NCBI GenBank assembly: GCA_963693095.2
Contig: OY843768.1
Location: 960,001 to 1,024,000 of the forward strand
Origin: Cenarchaeum sp.
GTDB lineage: Archaea > Thermoproteota > Nitrososphaeria > Nitrososphaerales > Nitrosopumilaceae
Length of the DNA stretch: 64,000 nt
Reading direction: 5' to 3'
The position numbers and the translations under genes are program-made. Below, piece by piece: positions 59,789-64,000 of the stretch. Positions within the stretch are counted from its first letter, which is position 1, and each line of letters opens with the position of its first letter. The notes under the pieces are model-generated. The model made no database searches. It was not told where the DNA came from and saw only the letters and a list, made by a program, of their open reading frames with translations.

Positions 59789-60785
59789 GCATGCAAAAGT
59801 CGGCTAGCGCGCAGGACATACTCGCAAAGGTGGGCAACACGCCGCTCGTGCGCCTCGAGTCACTCTCTGATGACACCAAGGAGGTTCACGCAAAGCTCGA
59901 GGGCCACAACCCGTTTGGCTCAGTCAAGGACAGGGCAGCATACTGGATGATACGCGAGGCCGAAAAGGAGGGACTCATCAACCGCACGCGCCGCACGATA
60001 ATAGAGCCGACATCAGGCAACACCGGAATCGCGCTGACCGGAATCGCGCGCCTCCTCGGCTATGACGCCGAGATTGTCATACAGAAAAGGCCAGCGACGA
60101 GACAAAGCGCATAATCAGGGCGATGGGCGCAGCAGTCCACGAGACGAGTGACGACCTGTGCCCAAAGGTCGGGGCAGGAACCGACCAGAGCATTGCGCTT
60201 GCCACGTCGATAGCTTCCAACCGGCCCACCGAGTACTATTCTCCAAACCAGTACGCAAACGAGGCCAACTTTAGCGGCCACTATCGCGGGACCGGACCGG
60301 AGCTCTGGGAGCAGACCGGAGGCAAGATTACGCACTTTTTCACCGGCGTCGGGACCGGCGGCACGATAACTGGCGTCGGGACATTCCTAAAGGAGAAAAA
60401 CCCCGACATCCGCATAGTCGGCTGCCAGCCGCAAAAGGACCACCTCATCCAGGGGTGGCGTAACTTTGACGAGTCGGCCAAGCCCGACCTGTTCCTAAAG
60501 CGCCAGGACGTCGTCGACGAGTGGGCGCACGTGACTAATGCCGAGGCCTTTGGAGTCGTTCGCGAGATACTCGGGGCCGACGGCATGCTAGTCAGCCCGT
60601 CCTCGGCAGCAGTGTATGCGTGCATGAAAAAGCACGACATTGGTGCCGGCGCGTGCGCCGTTGGCCTCTTTGCCGATGACGGCCGCAAGTTTGAGAGCGT
60701 GTATGTGGGGCAGAAAATAATGACAAAGGCCGAGTTTGATGACGCGCTTGCGCGCTCGGCGAACATGTCCGAGACGTTCTACTAG
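59785..60785 (+). pseudogene. cysM: PLP-dependent cysteine synthase family gene, frameshifted at ~60081 (real or sequencing error)
   Basis: VGNTPLV, KLEGHNPFGSVKDR, EPTSGNTG in one frame; EKASDETKRIIRAMGA...NQYAN, GTGGT in the next frame. Confidence 0.85.
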
Positions 60786-61810
60786 GCGCTCTCGGCGAGA
60801 TAGCGGTCTGCGCTGATTGCGGCCATGCAGCCAAATCCTGCCGCCGTGATCGCCTGCCTGTACGTGTGGTCATGGACGTCACCGGCCGCAAAGACGCCCT
60901 CAACACTCGTCTGCGCGCCGTCCTTGAGGACGACGTACCCGCGCGCGTCAAGCTCGACCTGCCCCACAAAGAGCGCCGTCGTGGGCTCGTGGCCAATGGC
61001 CACAAAGACGCCGCCCACATTAACGCGCTTTTCAGAGCCTGTCGAGTCGCGCATCATCACGCTCTCCACGCGCGACTCGCCCGATATGTCGCTGACCGTC
61101 GTGTTTAGGTGCATGTCAATCTTTTCGTCTGCCGTGGCGCGCTCTTGCATTATCGTGCTGGCCCTAAAAGAGTCCCTCCGGTGCACGAGGTGGACGCGAC
61201 TGGCAAACTTTGTCAAAAATGTCGCCTCCTCCATTGCCGAGTCACCTCCGCCGACTACGACTAGCTCCTTGCCGCGAAAGAACGGCCCGTCGCATGTCGC
61301 ACAGTACGACACTCCCCTGCCGGCGAGCGTCTCCTCACCGGGGATTCCGAGCTTTCTGGGGCTCGCCCCAGTCGCTATGATGACTGTGCGCGCGACATAC
61401 TCTTCAGATGCCGTCATTACCCTGAACGGCTTGCGCCTAAAGTCGACATTGGTCACCTCGTCATCGACAATAGTCGCGTCCATCCTCGCAGTCTGCGCGC
61501 GCATGGCGATCATGAGGTCAGGCCCCATGATGCCCTTTTCAAAGCCCGGATAGTTCTCCACGTCAGTCGTGTTGACGAGCTGCCCGCCGGGGAGTATGCC
61601 AGAGAGTATGAGCGTGTCGCGCCGCGCACGCGACGTGTATATTCCGGCCGTGTATCCGGCCGGACCGGCCCCTATGATAATCACGTCAAATGACGTCTTT
61701 TTCCTCGTCGGAGAATCGGGGCGCGCCGCCGGAGTGGCTGCCTCCCCTGTGCTGCCCTTGGCCTCATCATCCCTCTTTTCTAGCACCTGTGAGGCGGATC
61801 CCGACATCAT
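60782..61810 (-). CDS. trxB: Thioredoxin reductase
   Basis: IIGAGPAG, GVSYCATCDG, VGGGDSA.EEA, HRRD, FAAGDV, QAITAAG. Confidence 0.96.
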   Translation of the reverse strand: MMSGSASQVLEKRDDEAKGSTGEAATPAARPDSPTRKKTSFDVIIIGAGPAGYTAGIYTSRARRDTLILSGILPGGQLVNTTDVENYPGFEKGIMGPDLMIAMRAQTARMDATIVDDEVTNVDFRRKPFRVMTASEEYVARTVIIATGASPRKLGIPGEETLAGRGVSYCATCDGPFFRGKELVVVGGGDSAMEEATFLTKFASRVHLVHRRDSFRASTIMQERATADEKIDMHLNTTVSDISGESRVESVMMRDSTGSEKRVNVGGVFVAIGHEPTTALFVGQVELDARGYVVLKDGAQTSVEGVFAAGDVHDHTYRQAITAAGFGCMAAISADRYLAESA

Positions 61811-61837
61811 TCGCACCGGCGGCGGGCGCACGCAGAT

Positions 61838-62593
61838 TTAAGTCAAACCGCCATCGATGAGGCCCGAGTGCCTTGCGCACAGCGACTCGGCGGCATTGAG
61901 CCGAATCACGTCGGCCTGCCAGTGCGAGTCGGCAAGCCGACATTCAGGCTCGGCGCAGAACGCCTCTCCGGTCATCGCATAGGCGACTGCCTGCATCGCG
62001 TATCCCTCGATGACGGTGCGCATGCGCGCGTCGCCGGCGACTAGGTGGTCGGCCGCATGGGCCGCCTCGACGGGAGCCTCGCCGTCGCCGGCGGCCCTGC
62101 ACGCCATGATATCGGCATAATAGCGCCTAGAGCGCGCCGGCCCCCACACGGCGCCAGCAGTCGAGAGGAGCGACGGGTTTGACGCGACGACGGGGCGCGC
62201 GTGATACCTTGCATCAGCGTCATCATACGTGCCGACTAGGAGGTCAGTCACCATGATGTGCAGCGAGCCTCCGGGGACTGCGCCGGGGCCGGCCACCGCA
62301 AGGGCTGCGCGCAGGAGCTCGTGGCCGTCATGTAGTCCGGGCACGGTGCGCGCGTCTTTGTCATCACGCTGGCGCCAGAACGGCCTAGTCGTGTCAGTCA
62401 CAATGCATGACTCTGTTGGCCCTCCGGCACCTGCGCGCAGGATGCCGGCCCCGCCGTGAATTGGCGCTGTGTCAATTCCAAACGTCGAGGAGAGAAACTG
62501 CGCGAGGAGGCCGATGTCTATGCCAACTTGTGCCTGCCAGTCATGGACGACGATCTCGCGCGGCTTGCGCGAGACACCGGCCCTACCTGCCAA
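61838..62593 (-). CDS. Hypothetical protein (archaemetzincin-like/DUF6775-like, divergent)
   Basis: D.RYHAR, PSLLSTAG, FC....CRL..SHWQ.D, LCARH motifs. Confidence 0.6.
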   Translation of the reverse strand: MAGRAGVSRKPREIVVHDWQAQVGIDIGLLAQFLSSTFGIDTAPIHGGAGILRAGAGGPTESCIVTDTTRPFWRQRDDKDARTVPGLHDGHELLRAALAVAGPGAVPGGSLHIMVTDLLVGTYDDADARYHARPVVASNPSLLSTAGAVWGPARSRRYYADIMACRAAGDGEAPVEAAHAADHLVAGDARMRTVIEGYAMQAVAYAMTGEAFCAEPECRLADSHWQADVIRLNAAESLCARHSGLIDGGLT

Positions 62594-63398
62594 TCTCCTT
62601 TAGCTTTGTCGCAGTGACCTGCGCGGCCTTGCGTCCCGAAAAGAGCATCGAGCCAAACGTCGGACCCATGCGCGCCAGTCCAAACGTCTCGGTGACGGAC
62701 ATTCCGGCGACGACGAGTCCGGGGTATATCTCGCCGGTCTTTTCGACTACGGCGTCCTCCTCGTTGACATGCATTGGCTGCATGCCCTTCCACTCGACGA
62801 GTCCGCGATCCTCCAGCCTCTTTACTGCAACAGAGTCATGTCCGGACGAGTCAATGACCATCTTTGACTCCAGCGCGACTGGGTCGACGCACGTGATGTT
62901 GCGCGGCAGAGCCGAGACTGGCATCCAGTTGACAACTAGGCCGCAGACGCGGCCGTGCTTTAGGACAAGGTCGTCGAACTTTGTGAGCTGAAGAAACTTT
63001 ACCCCCGCGTCGCACGCGTTGGCGATGAGCTTTGAGACCGCATGCGGGCCCGGTGTCAAGTAGAGTCCCTCGCTGACCTGCTTGTAGGGTATTCCGAGCT
63101 CCTCCCACATCTTTTGGGCAGGCGCGCGAACCGTCACGGGGTTCATCATGTATCCGCCAAGCCAGTACCCGCCGCCGAGATAGTTGTTCTGCTCTACGAC
63201 GAGAACCTTGTGGCCCATTGCGGCAAGCTCGCCGCTAGCCGTCAGGCCCGCAGGGCCGGCTCCGATGACGATAACATCAGACTGTGCGCACTCCATGAGC
63301 ACGGTGTGGAACTCGGTTGCGATCGCACGCGTGATCTCGGCCTCGCCCACGCTAGCAAACATGGTCGGCGTGTCGCTGACTCCCACTGATCTCTGCAC
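62583..63398 (-). CDS. thi4: Thiazole synthase Thi4 (Cys-type)
   Basis: DVIVIGAGPAGL, LGGGYWLGG, CVDP, RMGPTFGSM..SG; GTG start at 63398. Confidence 0.93.
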   Translation of the reverse strand: MQRSVGVSDTPTMFASVGEAEITRAIATEFHTVLMECAQSDVIVIGAGPAGLTASGELAAMGHKVLVVEQNNYLGGGYWLGGYMMNPVTVRAPAQKMWEELGIPYKQVSEGLYLTPGPHAVSKLIANACDAGVKFLQLTKFDDLVLKHGRVCGLVVNWMPVSALPRNITCVDPVALESKMVIDSSGHDSVAVKRLEDRGLVEWKGMQPMHVNEEDAVVEKTGEIYPGLVVAGMSVTETFGLARMGPTFGSMLFSGRKAAQVTATKLKEIGR

Positions 63399-63601
63399 GA
63401 GCCAAAGTGCCCTACGCGCGCCTTTAATACCTTCGCGGAAGGCACCGGTCGCATCCAGGCCAAAACCTGCCTGCTGCCGCATTCCTGCGATCCGACACTG
63501 CGCGACAGGGCCCCTAGACGCATGATGGTGCCGTGCGTTGGCAGGCCACGTCATACAAGCTTTAAAGTGATCCCCGCTGCGTGCGCGCGTCGGTGGCGCG
63601 T

Positions 63602-64000
63602 GTGGTCGACAGCGGCGTTCGTATGGTCTATGTGCTCCTTGACGGCGTGGGGGACCTTCCAAACCCCGACCTTGGCGGCAAGACGCCCCTAGAGGCCGCG
63701 CAGACGCCATCGATGGACTCGATGGCCCGCAACGGCTCGCTAGGCGACGCGATCACCGTGGGCCGCGGAATCGCCCCCGAGTCTGACATTGCAGTCTTTA
63801 ACATGCTAGGCTACACGTTTGGCTCCGAGTATCCCGGCCGCGGCGTCATCGAGTCGATCGGCTCGGGAGTCGACTTTGTCGACGGGGACCTTGCGCTGCG
63901 CGGAAACTTTGCGACGCTAGGCGAGGGCGGGATCATCACTGACCGTCGCGCAGGGCGCACCATCAACAGGGAGGACGCCACGGCCGTCGCGCGCGAGATC
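63602..64000 (+). CDS. apgM: 2,3-bisphosphoglycerate-independent phosphoglycerate mutase (5' part)
   Basis: Manual translation MVYVLLDGVGDLPNPDLGGKTPLEAA.TP.MD...APESDIAVFNMLGY...YPGRG.IE...LRGNFAT. Confidence 0.92.
   Translation, partial: MVDSGVRMVYVLLDGVGDLPNPDLGGKTPLEAAQTPSMDSMARNGSLGDAITVGRGIAPESDIAVFNMLGYTFGSEYPGRGVIESIGSGVDFVDGDLALRGNFATLGEGGIITDRRAGRTINREDATAVAREI

Noticed and set aside
63400-63600. TPP riboswitch upstream of thi4
   Set aside because: No CTGAGA or other TPP core motifs visible; the long N-terminal extension in the ORF track is spurious.

Overview
This window is GC-rich archaeal chromosome. Gene content and order (CdvC/ESCRT-III, malonic-semialdehyde-reductase-type Fe-ADH, methylmalonyl-CoA mutase B12 subunit, F420 genes, uvrBAC, trpEGDCBA, hemAB-sirC-ahbAB, thi4) point to an ammonia-oxidising Nitrososphaerota (Nitrosopumilaceae/Cenarchaeum-like, possibly a symbiont; inference). 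Most of it is core housekeeping plus two tRNAs (Ser-GGA with intron, Thr-TGT). Four accessory patches interrupt the backbone: (i) ~4.3-6.4 kb, an unknown protein plus a PD-(D/E)XK-like ORF with a decayed partial duplicate; (ii) ~29.4-31.5 kb, an AT-rich ABC-type ATPase plus a small putative nuclease; (iii) ~37-40.3 kb, tandem Panacea/YwgA-like paralogues each followed by a different partner ORF, plus a possibly decayed HEPN-like gene; (iv) ~55.7-57.0 kb, the most striking feature: a 3-unit tandem array in which each unit has its own TATA box and a 31-34 aa peptide ending in Gly-Gly plus a variable pentapeptide (SMRYN/LVRYI/LVRAV), followed by a 3-TM membrane protein. Three Zn-finger microproteins missing from the ORF track were read from the DNA. 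Family assignments come from motif recognition and memory, not database searches.
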